A DNA stretch of 43,731 nucleotides from a virus (lineage: Duplodnaviria > Caudoviricetes), in IMG/VR virus record IMGVR_UViG_3300012200_000004, positions 1 to 43,731 of that record. The stretch is one strand, 5' to 3'. How positions within the stretch are numbered: the stretch's first letter is position 1; the number at the start of each line of letters is the position of its first letter. Positions 24,205-32,311 of this stretch are shown here, one piece after another. The translations under genes were made by a program, and so were the position numbers. The notes below the pieces were generated by a model that had not been told where the DNA came from, did not search any database, and was given only the letters and a program-made list of their open reading frames with translations.

Positions 24205-24423
24205 TCACGCCGACGGGCGGAAGTTGTGCGAGCTGACGCCTCGGCCATTCACGATCTTGACGGCCGCGATGTTCTTCCGGTGCCCTGCGTGGTCGAAATG
24301 GGCTATGAACTTGTACTCGGCGCCATAGACGAACCGACGCCACGAGATCGAGTGGCCGGACTTCGGGCCCCACCCCTCGGCCTGGAAATCGTGCCGCTCC
24401 TTCTCGAACCTGCGACTGATCAC
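24205..24423 (-). CDS. basic hypothetical protein
   Basis: 72 aa; GGAGGAG RBS. Confidence 0.6.
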   Translation of the reverse strand: MISRRFEKERHDFQAEGWGPKSGHSISWRRFVYGAEYKFIAHFDHAGHRKNIAAVKIVNGRGVSSHNFRPSA

Positions 24424-24641
24424 ATCTCCTCCTCGTTCACGAAGTCGGCGGCGAACTTCGCCACCTGCGCGTGCGTCTTGGGGGTGCCCGTGATCAGGTC
24501 TTCGTTGCCGTACATCATCACCGGTCCGGCGTCGACGGTGACCGACCAGCGACCCTCGTAGGCCTTGCCTACCGTCCCGCCCCCGACCTTGTCGACCTGG
24601 ACTCGGAGCCCGTCGATCTCTTTGGTGTACTCAGCGCTCAT
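24420..24641 (-). CDS. hypothetical protein
   Basis: 73 aa; AGGAG RBS; K-x-GGGT-x-G-x-x-Y-x-G-x-W. Confidence 0.65.
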   Translation of the reverse strand: MSAEYTKEIDGLRVQVDKVGGGTVGKAYEGRWSVTVDAGPVMMYGNEDLITGTPKTHAQVAKFAADFVNEEEM

Positions 24642-24650
24642 GATCTGCTC

Positions 24651-24917
24651 CTAGAAGTCGAAAGTAACGGGGGAAACGCCGTTGGCCAGCCGGTACTCGC
24701 TGACGCACTTGAGGCAGTCCCGGCCGGTACGGTAGCCGTCCGAGTCCCTCCACCCCCCGGCGGGAACCGGGCCCCGGATCGTCTGTCCGCAGTACGAACG
24801 GAGCGTCTGGACGACGATGTCCCCCGAACTGGTCAGCGTCACCCCCCCCTTCAGGTGGGCGGTGTCGGACTTGTCGGTGACGCCGTAGGCGTTCGCTGTC
24901 AGGGTGATGGACCTCAT
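24651..24917 (-). CDS. zinc-binding hypothetical protein
   Basis: AH...YCG...CLKC. Confidence 0.6.
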   Translation of the reverse strand: MRSITLTANAYGVTDKSDTAHLKGGVTLTSSGDIVVQTLRSYCGQTIRGPVPAGGWRDSDGYRTGRDCLKCVSEYRLANGVSPVTFDF

Positions 24918-25858
24918 GATCGTCCTCTCGGGAGACCTCGAACCGCACTTCGCCAGATGGACGGAGCGCGAAGGATGGACATGTGATGCGCTAGGGCCTG
25001 GGCCTTCGGTGACGCCAGGATGTACTCGGTGACTTCGTCTTCCGTCATGTGCAGGAGCTGGGTCTCCTTCGCCCGACCGCCGTAGCAGGTCATCCCCCGA
25101 CCAGCCTCACTGGGGGCAGAGACCGGACGTCCGCAGTCGGCTGCCAGCCACTTCCACGCCTGAGGGGAGTAGCGGAGCAGGATCTTGGTACCGAAGGACT
25201 CGACGATCGGCGCCCCGCCCATGTCGCGGTAGGTGGCCAGGCTGGCCGCCCCGATAACGTGGATCTTGACCGCGCGCCCCATCAGGAGGACGTCCTTGAA
25301 GGCGTCGAACGAGCGGTAGTTCCCCTCCGGCAGGCGCTTGTCCAGGTCCTTCAGCTCCCGGATGGTCGAGTTCATCTCCTCGAACACCACCGCGATCCTC
25401 GGGCCGACCGGTGCATCCTCGACCGGACCCCGGAACTTCGAGACGATCGCGTTCCGGCGGTGGAGCTCCTTGCCGAGCTGGACGAGCGCGTTACCGATCT
25501 CCGCCGGAGATAGGGCCTGGGAGACGTTGGGCTTCAGGTCGCGGGCCCATCGGTGGCTGTGCTGCTTCCGGTCCAGGATGACCACCAAGCCACCCTGGGC
25601 GGCCACCTGGGCGGCCACCGACCGTGCGGTCACTGACTTGCCACCACCGGTCGACGCGTTCACCAGGATGTGCGGTGACTCCGAGTCCAGGTCGACCGTG
25701 ATCGGCTGGCCGGAACCGTCGACGCCAAGGAAGATCGTGGACTCGGGGACCTGGGCCATCATCTCCCGTGCCGACTCCAGGTCCAGCATGGCCGGAAAGC
25801 CGATCGACTGTTGCGGGGTACCGACACCGGTGTACGGGCCGGACGTGAAGTCGAACAT
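24914..25858 (-). CDS. FtsK/TraB-like P-loop ATPase (soluble, motor domain only)
   Basis: PHILV-x-ASTGGGKS, ILD-x-K, EL-x-RR, VVFEE, GRA-x-x-IH, GRG. Confidence 0.8.
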   Translation of the reverse strand: MFDFTSGPYTGVGTPQQSIGFPAMLDLESAREMMAQVPESTIFLGVDGSGQPITVDLDSESPHILVNASTGGGKSVTARSVAAQVAAQGGLVVILDRKQHSHRWARDLKPNVSQALSPAEIGNALVQLGKELHRRNAIVSKFRGPVEDAPVGPRIAVVFEEMNSTIRELKDLDKRLPEGNYRSFDAFKDVLLMGRAVKIHVIGAASLATYRDMGGAPIVESFGTKILLRYSPQAWKWLAADCGRPVSAPSEAGRGMTCYGGRAKETQLLHMTEDEVTEYILASPKAQALAHHMSILRAPSIWRSAVRGLPRGRS

Positions 25859-25885
25859 GGTCACTCCTTTCTGCGTTGAGAATCT

Positions 25886-25929
25886 GGAGGGAACCCCTCG
25901 GGTATTACCTACCCTGAGGGACTCCCCTC
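25886..25929 (-). promoter_or_regulatory. conserved long intergenic hairpin (copy 3)
   Basis: GAGGGGAGTCCCTCAGGGTAGGTAATACCCGAGGGGTTCCCTCC on the - strand. Confidence 0.7.
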
Positions 25930-25935
25930 AAACGC

Positions 25936-26250
25936 TCACCAGCCGCCGGTAACCCACATCGTGTCAGAGATCCGACCGCCCCACGGGGTCAGCCTCTCCC
26001 ACGACCAGCGGTAGGCCTTGTACCGGCCGTAGAAGTCCTTCGGGCCGAACCCTGTCACCGCAGTCGGTCGGTCCGTCTTGTAGGCCTTGTTGAACTCACT
26101 CACGGTCTTGAGGACCATGTTGAGGCTGGCCGGGTACGTGGTGGTCACGGCGAACGTGTTGGACCGACCCTGGCCAGGCTGACACACCTGGTCAGTCGAC
26201 GTGACCTGCTTGATCGTGAACCGCTCGACTGTCGCGTAACGCTCGGTCAC
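25936..26250 (-). CDS. hypothetical protein
   Basis: 104 aa; GTGA coupling. Confidence 0.6.
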   Translation of the reverse strand: MTERYATVERFTIKQVTSTDQVCQPGQGRSNTFAVTTTYPASLNMVLKTVSEFNKAYKTDRPTAVTGFGPKDFYGRYKAYRWSWERLTPWGGRISDTMWVTGGW

Positions 26251-26399
26251 TGCTGGCCCGCCTCTCCGTACTGGTGGTGGATCTCCTGGGCGAACGCTCC
26301 GCGCTCGATATCCTTCACGATCTCGACCTGGTGCACGTCCTCCTCGGACAGCTCGCGGGGCAGGGACTTGACGAACGCGTTGAACTCCTGGTCAGTCAT
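26247..26399 (-). CDS. hypothetical protein (50 aa)
   Basis: Manually translated MTDQEFNAFV...; GGAGG RBS. Confidence 0.6.
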   Translation of the reverse strand: MTDQEFNAFVKSLPRELSEEDVHQVEIVKDIERGAFAQEIHHQYGEAGQQ

Positions 26400-26464
26400 G
26401 ACGAGTGCTTCCTCCCGAGCGAGACGAGCAGGACGAACAGGACGATGAAGACGGGGCTGAGCAT
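26396..26464 (-). CDS. 22-aa single-TM microprotein
   Basis: MLSPVFIVLFVLLVSLGRKHSS; GGAAGGA RBS; ATGA coupling. Confidence 0.5.
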   Translation of the reverse strand: MLSPVFIVLFVLLVSLGRKHSS

Positions 26465-26501
26465 GATCTTGATCCTTCCAAGCTAGTGCAAGTATGATGA
26501 G

Positions 26502-26556
26502 TGCTCCGGCCGGGAATCGAACCCGGCACGATCAACGGTCCCACCAGGGACGGAGC
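26502..26556 (-). ncRNA. tRNA-like element lacking an anticodon arm
   Basis: GCTCCG/CGGAGC-A acceptor-like stem, GCCGGG-TTCGATT-CCCGGC T-arm, TCCC-TGGT-GGGA mini D-arm. Confidence 0.6.
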
Positions 26557-26569
26557 TACCATGATCACT

Positions 26570-26851
26570 TCAAGACTTCACGTACCGCATCAGGGCCGAT
26601 GCCGCAAGTTCGACTCCAAACCCCTCTCCGACCTTGCATCCTTCGGGGATGATCATGTAGCGGGGCTCTTCCAGCCACGCGGCGTACGGGAAGTCGAGGT
26701 CCACGGTGATCGCGTCACCGTCCATGAAGGCATAGAAGCTAGCGCCTTCCACCTGGTAGACGTAATGGAGCTCGTCCCGGTAGAACACGGTCTGCCCCAC
26801 GCGGGCGATGTGGGCGAGAACGGTCGGGTTGATGCTGACAGTGGTGCTCAT
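26570..26851 (-). CDS. hypothetical protein
   Basis: 93 aa; AAGGAG RBS. Confidence 0.65.
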   Translation of the reverse strand: MSTTVSINPTVLAHIARVGQTVFYRDELHYVYQVEGASFYAFMDGDAITVDLDFPYAAWLEEPRYMIIPEGCKVGEGFGVELAASALMRYVKS

Positions 26852-26923
26852 GGTCGATTCTCCTTGATCGGTAAGACCGTGACCCTCGGTAACCGGGGCT
26901 ACCGGGGATCATGGTCCGGCCGT

Positions 26924-27187
26924 TCAGTGCTGGCGAAGCGTCCGCTCGAACTGGACCGGGCACAGGTGGTTGATCCGGATGGCCGAAGCCAGGGTGATCA
27001 GGTCGTTGGCCTTGAGGCCTTCGACATGGCCGGGGAGGTAGGCGCCCAGACCCTTTGCATCTGCAACCCTGCGAACCTGACCAGTCGTCAGGTTGTAGGT
27101 GTCATGCTGACGGAGAGTGACACTGGCCTGGGCAACTCCGACCTTGGGGCCGGAGATCAGTTCGCGGGTGGTGGGGCTGGCCTTCAT
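26924..27187 (-). CDS. hypothetical protein, first gene of the leftward block
   Basis: 87 aa; GGGAGG RBS. Confidence 0.6.
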   Translation of the reverse strand: MKASPTTRELISGPKVGVAQASVTLRQHDTYNLTTGQVRRVADAKGLGAYLPGHVEGLKANDLITLASAIRINHLCPVQFERTLRQH

Positions 27188-27264
27188 GGTGTGCCTCCCT
27201 GGCGGGTGTTCCCTTGCGGTGTTCCCTTGCTGTAGTACCAGTGTAGGGCAGGACCATGATCAAT

Positions 27265-27492
27265 AGGGGGTGGGTATGGTAAAGGCCAGGCAAAGGATGC
27301 AGGTGGGTGGGTATGCGTGGGTGTGTGGTGATAGGCGTAGCTATGCCCTGCCATGGGTGGCTATGCCCTGCATGTGGTGGTGTGCCCTGCCTTGCCATGG
27401 TGTGTGTGGGTGTGCCCTGATATGTCCCCCATGCCCTGCCATGCCCCAGTGCGTGGTGGTGTGTGGGGGTGTGGGGTGCTATGCCTGCCATG
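27265..27492. repeat. G/T-skewed non-coding tract with phased TGCCCTG repeats; candidate packaging region
   Basis: 5 exact TGCCCTG copies plus variants at about 10-bp phase, directly upstream of TerS. Confidence 0.7.
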
Positions 27493-27617
27493 TCCGTATT
27501 TGCTGCTGCAAAGCGCGCTCAAGATCGCGGGCGGCCCCACGACGGTCCGATTTCTACTGGATGCTTCGAAAGTAAATGTAATCCCCGAGGGAATACCCGG
27601 GAGATGGGAGTGGAGTC

Positions 27618-28118
27618 ATGGCGGGTAAGGACGTAGTGGTGTCGAAGGACGGCGGGGGCACCGAGCTGGAGCGCAAGCTGTCTCCGGCCAGGTCGGACGG
27701 GCGCCCTGCGGGTAAGAACCATCTGGAACGGGGCTGGGTCAAGCACCGGCTGATCAGGGACTTCGCTCTGGGCGAGAAGACAGGGCAGGCCCTGGCCGTT
27801 CAGTACGGCGTCTCTCAGACGTCGATCTCAGCGTTCAAGAAGCGGCACTCGATGGAGATCGAGGAGGTCAGGAACAACCTGGCCGACGAGTACGCCGGTG
27901 TCTGGGTCGCCCAGAAGATCAACCGGATCCAGGAGTATCAGCAGGCCGCCGAGAAGATGGCGAACGGCACTTCCCCGCGGAACCAGGAAGTCCTAGTGTC
28001 GATCCTGAAGGCCGTGGCCGAGGAGCTCGGTCAGCTTCCGGCGCGCACCCAGGTCTCCGTGAACACCCAGCAGGTCACGTACCAGGTTGTCGGCATCGAT
28101 CCTTCGGAGTTGACGTGA
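27618..28118 (+). CDS. terS: terminase small subunit (putative)
   Basis: HTH (QALAVQYGVSQTSIS), helical core, position before TerL. Confidence 0.7.
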   Translation: MAGKDVVVSKDGGGTELERKLSPARSDGRPAGKNHLERGWVKHRLIRDFALGEKTGQALAVQYGVSQTSISAFKKRHSMEIEEVRNNLADEYAGVWVAQKINRIQEYQQAAEKMANGTSPRNQEVLVSILKAVAEELGQLPARTQVSVNTQQVTYQVVGIDPSELT

Positions 28119-28261
28119 TAGTCCGCATCACGCTCTGGGCGTGGAGGCGCTGGGTTTTCCCGGGGATCATCGGGTATTTCGTCCATGACAACGAGACCGG
28201 GAAGGTGACTGTGTTCACTCCCGGCGAGGTGGAGGTGTTGGTCCGTGAGCGACGTCGATGA
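28115..28261 (+). CDS. hypothetical protein (48 aa)
   Basis: Manually translated; GTGA coupling; bridges terS and terL. Confidence 0.45.
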   Translation: MIVRITLWAWRRWVFPGIIGYFVHDNETGKVTVFTPGEVEVLVRERRR

Positions 28262-29675
28262 CCTGGTGGGCGCTGCGGTTGCCCGTGGTGACGCCCAGCG
28301 TGCCGAGGCGCGCCGACAGGCCCGTCTGAATCCTCCGGGGTCGGTGCACCGCTATCAGCCGCACGGCACCTGCGTGGAGCTTTTTAAGTTCCGGGGCGAC
28401 GAGGTGCTGTTCGCCGGACCCGCGGGTACCGGGAAGTCTCGGGCCTGCCTCGAAAAGCTGCACATGATGGCCTTGTTGAATCCTGGGATGCGTGGGCTGA
28501 TCTGTCGTAAGACCCTTGCATCGTTGGGGTCGACGGCCCTGGTGACCTACGAACAGCATGTTGCGCCCGAGCATCTGGCGAACGGCGACGTCAAGTGGTT
28601 CGGCGGTTCCCCGAAGGAGGCCGCGTGCTACAAATACAAGAACGGCTCTGTGATCGTGGTCGGCGGCATGGACAAGTCCATGAAGATCATGTCATCGGAG
28701 TACGACATCGTCTACGTCCAGGAGGCCACCGAGCTCACCGAGTCCGACTGGGAGGCCATTACTACCCGGCTGCGTAACGGCAAGGTGTCATTCCAGCAGC
28801 TCATGGCTGACGCGAACCCCGACGTGCCCACTCACTGGCTGAAGATCCGGTGCGACAAGGGCAAGACCAAGATGATCCGCTCTCGCCACGAGGACAACCC
28901 GACTCTGTTCAACCCGGCTACCGGCGCCTTGACGGAATCCGGGCGATCGTACATGGGGAAGCTCGACGCCCTGACCGGCGTCCGGTTCAACCGGCTCCGC
29001 AAGGGGATTTGGTGCGCTGCCGAAGGCCTGGTCTACGAGGAGTACGATCCTCAGGTCCACCTGTACAAGCGGCTGCAGATCCCGCCCGTCTCCTGGACGC
29101 GGTACCTCACGGTCGACTTCGGCTACACCAACCCGATGGTCGTGCAGTTCTGGGCGGAGGACGAGGATGGGCGCCTCTACCTGTACAAAGAGCTGTACCG
29201 GACGAAGACCACGGTCGATGAGATGGCGCCGATCATCCTCCGCGAGATGGATCTGAGGCGCAATCCGAGGCCGCGGGCGATCATCTGCGACCACGATGCC
29301 GAAGGCCGTGCGGTCCTTCAGCGCGAACTCGGTATGTCGACCGTCCAGGCCAAGAAGTCGGTCGAGGACGGCATCCAGGCCGTGAAGCGCCGCCTCCGCA
29401 TCAACGAGGCTGACGGCCGCCCGCGTCTCTACCTGTGCGAGGATGCCCTGGTCGAACGAGACAAGGCCCTGTCGGACGTAAAGAAGCCGACCTGCAGCAT
29501 CGAAGAGATCGTCGGATACATCTGGGACCGCGGTACCGTCCAGGCTCAGAACAACGGCAAGCCCCCGAAGGAACATCCCGTGAAGGAGGACGACCATGGT
29601 ATGGACGCGCTTCGTTACATGGTTGCGCACCGCGACCTCAAGTCCCGTCCGCGTATCCGGACCATCGCGTACTAA
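28245..29675 (+). CDS. terL: terminase large subunit (PBSX/Terminase_3-like)
   Basis: GPAGTGKS, RKT, YVQEATE, ANP, VDFGY-x-NP, DDH-x-MDALRY. Confidence 0.95.
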   Translation: MSDVDDLVGAAVARGDAQRAEARRQARLNPPGSVHRYQPHGTCVELFKFRGDEVLFAGPAGTGKSRACLEKLHMMALLNPGMRGLICRKTLASLGSTALVTYEQHVAPEHLANGDVKWFGGSPKEAACYKYKNGSVIVVGGMDKSMKIMSSEYDIVYVQEATELTESDWEAITTRLRNGKVSFQQLMADANPDVPTHWLKIRCDKGKTKMIRSRHEDNPTLFNPATGALTESGRSYMGKLDALTGVRFNRLRKGIWCAAEGLVYEEYDPQVHLYKRLQIPPVSWTRYLTVDFGYTNPMVVQFWAEDEDGRLYLYKELYRTKTTVDEMAPIILREMDLRRNPRPRAIICDHDAEGRAVLQRELGMSTVQAKKSVEDGIQAVKRRLRINEADGRPRLYLCEDALVERDKALSDVKKPTCSIEEIVGYIWDRGTVQAQNNGKPPKEHPVKEDDHGMDALRYMVAHRDLKSRPRIRTIAY

Positions 29676-29922
29676 CGGCACCAAACCGCTCCCGAGGCGT
29701 GTACAGTACTGGAGGAGGACGCGGGAACGCAGGCAGCAAGCCTTCAGAACCTTCAAAATCACGGCTTCGAAAGCCTTGACTCTCGCGATCTCGGTCCTGG
29801 GCGCTATACTGATCTCGTTCGGCGTCTGGTCGATCTACGCCCCGGCTGGCTATATCGTCGGCGGGTTCATATGCTGGATGCTCCTCTGGAGCCACGAACA
29901 AGACAAGGGGGGGCGTGAGTGA
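29596..29922 (+). CDS. small membrane protein between terL and portal
   Basis: AAGGAGG RBS; two C-terminal TM segments (G-V-W-x-I-Y-x-P-A-G). Confidence 0.6.
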   Translation: MVWTRFVTWLRTATSSPVRVSGPSRTNGTKPLPRRVQYWRRTRERRQQAFRTFKITASKALTLAISVLGAILISFGVWSIYAPAGYIVGGFICWMLLWSHEQDKGGRE

Positions 29923-31295
29923 GCGTACTGGGGAATATCTCCGCCACGTTCCTGAACCGCTCACCCGTCCCGCTCGCGCCCAAGAGTACGCAGCGTGACG
30001 GCGTATTCAGCGCCCTGGGAGCCACGCGGCGCAACGTTGCTAGCGACATGAAGCGCGGGATGGAGCAGTACGGTGAGGTGTCGTCGGCTTTCGGCATCAT
30101 CTCCCGGCTGGCCGAGTCGACCGCGCAGGTCCGCTGGCATCTTTACCGCAAGCAGCAGGACGGGCGCCGCGTCTACCGCGAGCTCGAAACCCGTACCGAA
30201 GTCTTTCGGCATGCCGCTCTCGACTTGCTGAGCAATCCGAACCCGTGGATGGACCGCACCGAGTTCATGGAGACCCTTACCCAGCACTACGACTGCGCTG
30301 GTGAGTGCTGGTTCGTCTGTAGCTACGGGTCTATCCGGGCGGCTGGGCCTATCGAGCTGTGGCCGATGCGCCCGGACCGGGTCAAGATTGTCACCGACCC
30401 CTATGACGTCCTGTCCGGTTACGTCTACGTCGGGCCCGACGGCGAGAATGTCCCCCTCCGCAAGGAGGACGTGATCCAGATTCGGCGCCCTAACCCGCTG
30501 GACATGTACCGCGGACTGGGCCCGATGCAGGCGCTCACGCTCAAGCTGGACGCAAACCGCCTCGCCGCCGAGTACAACCGGAACTTCTTCCTGAACAGCG
30601 CCGAACCCGGCGGGATCATCGAGATCGAGGACCGCCTCGACGACGACGAGTTCCGCGAGCTGGAGCAGCGCTGGCGGGAGCAGCACCGAGGGGTGGCGAA
30701 CGCTCACCGGGTGGCAATCCTGGAGCAGGGCAAGTGGATCGACCGCAAGTACACCATGAAGGACATGGCCTTCGTTGAGCTCTCGGAAATGTCCCGAGAG
30801 GATATCCGCGAGGCGTTCGGCTACCCGAAGGGTATGACCGGCGCCACCGAGGACGTCAATAAGGCCGTGGCCGACGCCAACGAGCGGATGTTCGGGCGCT
30901 ACCTTCTCCGGCCCCGTCTGAACAAGTTCCGCTCTGCGTTTACCCATGCCCTCCTGCCGCTTTTCGGCGACACCGCCAAGGGGCTTGAGTTCGACTTCGA
31001 GGATCCGGTACCCGAGGACCGCGAAGCCGACTCCAGTGACCGGATCACCAAGGCTCAGGCCTTGAAGCTGATGATCGAAGCCGGTGCGGACTGGGACGGC
31101 GCCCTGGAGGTCGTGGGGCTTCCGCAGATTAAGCGTGACGAGGCCAAGGTGCAAATGGCCCAGGAGGCCCATCAGGCCGCCATGAAGCCTCCCGCCCCCG
31201 ATCAGGGGCGTCCGTCCCAGGATGGGGACCAGGGGATTCGTCCGAATCAACCACCCGCTAAGCCGAGCCCCATAAGGGAGGCGAACAACAAGTGA
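29919..31295 (+). CDS. portal protein (HK97 family)
   Basis: LL-x-NPNP, LWPMRPDRV, RG-x-GP, FF-x-N-x-A-x-PGG. Confidence 0.95.
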   Translation: MSVLGNISATFLNRSPVPLAPKSTQRDGVFSALGATRRNVASDMKRGMEQYGEVSSAFGIISRLAESTAQVRWHLYRKQQDGRRVYRELETRTEVFRHAALDLLSNPNPWMDRTEFMETLTQHYDCAGECWFVCSYGSIRAAGPIELWPMRPDRVKIVTDPYDVLSGYVYVGPDGENVPLRKEDVIQIRRPNPLDMYRGLGPMQALTLKLDANRLAAEYNRNFFLNSAEPGGIIEIEDRLDDDEFRELEQRWREQHRGVANAHRVAILEQGKWIDRKYTMKDMAFVELSEMSREDIREAFGYPKGMTGATEDVNKAVADANERMFGRYLLRPRLNKFRSAFTHALLPLFGDTAKGLEFDFEDPVPEDREADSSDRITKAQALKLMIEAGADWDGALEVVGLPQIKRDEAKVQMAQEAHQAAMKPPAPDQGRPSQDGDQGIRPNQPPAKPSPIREANNK

Positions 31296-32311
31296 AGGAC
31301 TACTGCGATTGGGACTTCCTGAACCGGGACTTTTCCCCCGAGGAGCGGAAGGGGCTGGCGAAGAAGGGTCATGCCCTGCCGGACGGTAGTTTCCCTATCG
31401 TGACCAAGGAGGATCTGGCGAACGCTATCCACGCGTTTGGTCGTGCCAGTGATCCCGCAGCCGCTAAGGCGCACATCATCAAGCGCGCTAAGGCGCTGGG
31501 CGCTGAGGACATGATTCCGGAGAACTGGGAGACCGGTAACGATCACGACGCCGACGACGACAATCGCAAGACGGGCAACTGGACCCCCACCCGTCCGAAG
31601 GCGCGAGTCTCGAAGGACTGGTACCGGATCGAGAACAAGTCCGGTGCCCCGAGCGAGGTCTACATTTACGATGAGATCGGCGGTTTCGGAGTCACATCCG
31701 GGACGTTCCTGAACGACATTCGCGGCCTTGAGGGCCCGGTGGCGCTCCACCTAAACTCCCCCGGCGGTGACGTGTTCGACGGTCTGGCTATCTACCAGGC
31801 CCTGAAGAACCGCACCGAGGAGACTACGGTCCACGTCGACGGCCTGGCTGCTTCTATCGCTTCGGTCATCGCTATGGGCGCCGACAAGGTCATCATGGCC
31901 CCCAAGGCGCAGCTTATGATCCACGAAGGCTTCACAGCCGCCGTGGGTGACGCCGCCGACATGCGCAAGCTCGCCGACCTTCTGGACCGGACCAGCGATA
32001 ACATCGCTTCGGTCTATACCGACAAGGCCGGTGGTACCGTCGACTTCTGGCGGAACCGAATGCGCGAAGAGACCTGGTACAGCGCCCAGGAGGCGCTCGA
32101 TGCAGGACTGGTCGACGAGGTGGAGGGTATGACGCGTCAGCGTGACTCCTTCGACCTGTCTATGTACAACCACGCTGGACGGGACAAGGCGCCCGCTCCG
32201 GTCATCAAGGACACGGCGCCCGTCGTGACACCGAAGGAAGACGAGTCCGAGTTCACCTGGGACTTTGCGGCCTTCAAGAGCTCCCTGAAGGAGGGAATCA
32301 CTCGTGCCTAA
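31292..32311 (+). CDS. ClpP-like head maturation protease with extra N-terminal helical domain
   Basis: IYDEIG, LNSPGG, DGLAASIAS, MIH, ETW..A.EA...GLVD. Confidence 0.92.
   Translation: MKDYCDWDFLNRDFSPEERKGLAKKGHALPDGSFPIVTKEDLANAIHAFGRASDPAAAKAHIIKRAKALGAEDMIPENWETGNDHDADDDNRKTGNWTPTRPKARVSKDWYRIENKSGAPSEVYIYDEIGGFGVTSGTFLNDIRGLEGPVALHLNSPGGDVFDGLAIYQALKNRTEETTVHVDGLAASIASVIAMGADKVIMAPKAQLMIHEGFTAAVGDAADMRKLADLLDRTSDNIASVYTDKAGGTVDFWRNRMREETWYSAQEALDAGLVDEVEGMTRQRDSFDLSMYNHAGRDKAPAPVIKDTAPVVTPKEDESEFTWDFAAFKSSLKEGITRA

Noticed and set aside
26502-26556. Third functional decoding tRNA or an attP site
   Set aside because: No anticodon arm and no integrase recognised; kept only as a tRNA-like element
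27265-27492. Repeat tract as a CRISPR array or coding region (ORFs 27102-27491, 27270-27575, 27353-27628)
   Set aside because: Repeats are only 7 bp with low-complexity spacers; the translations are compositional artefacts
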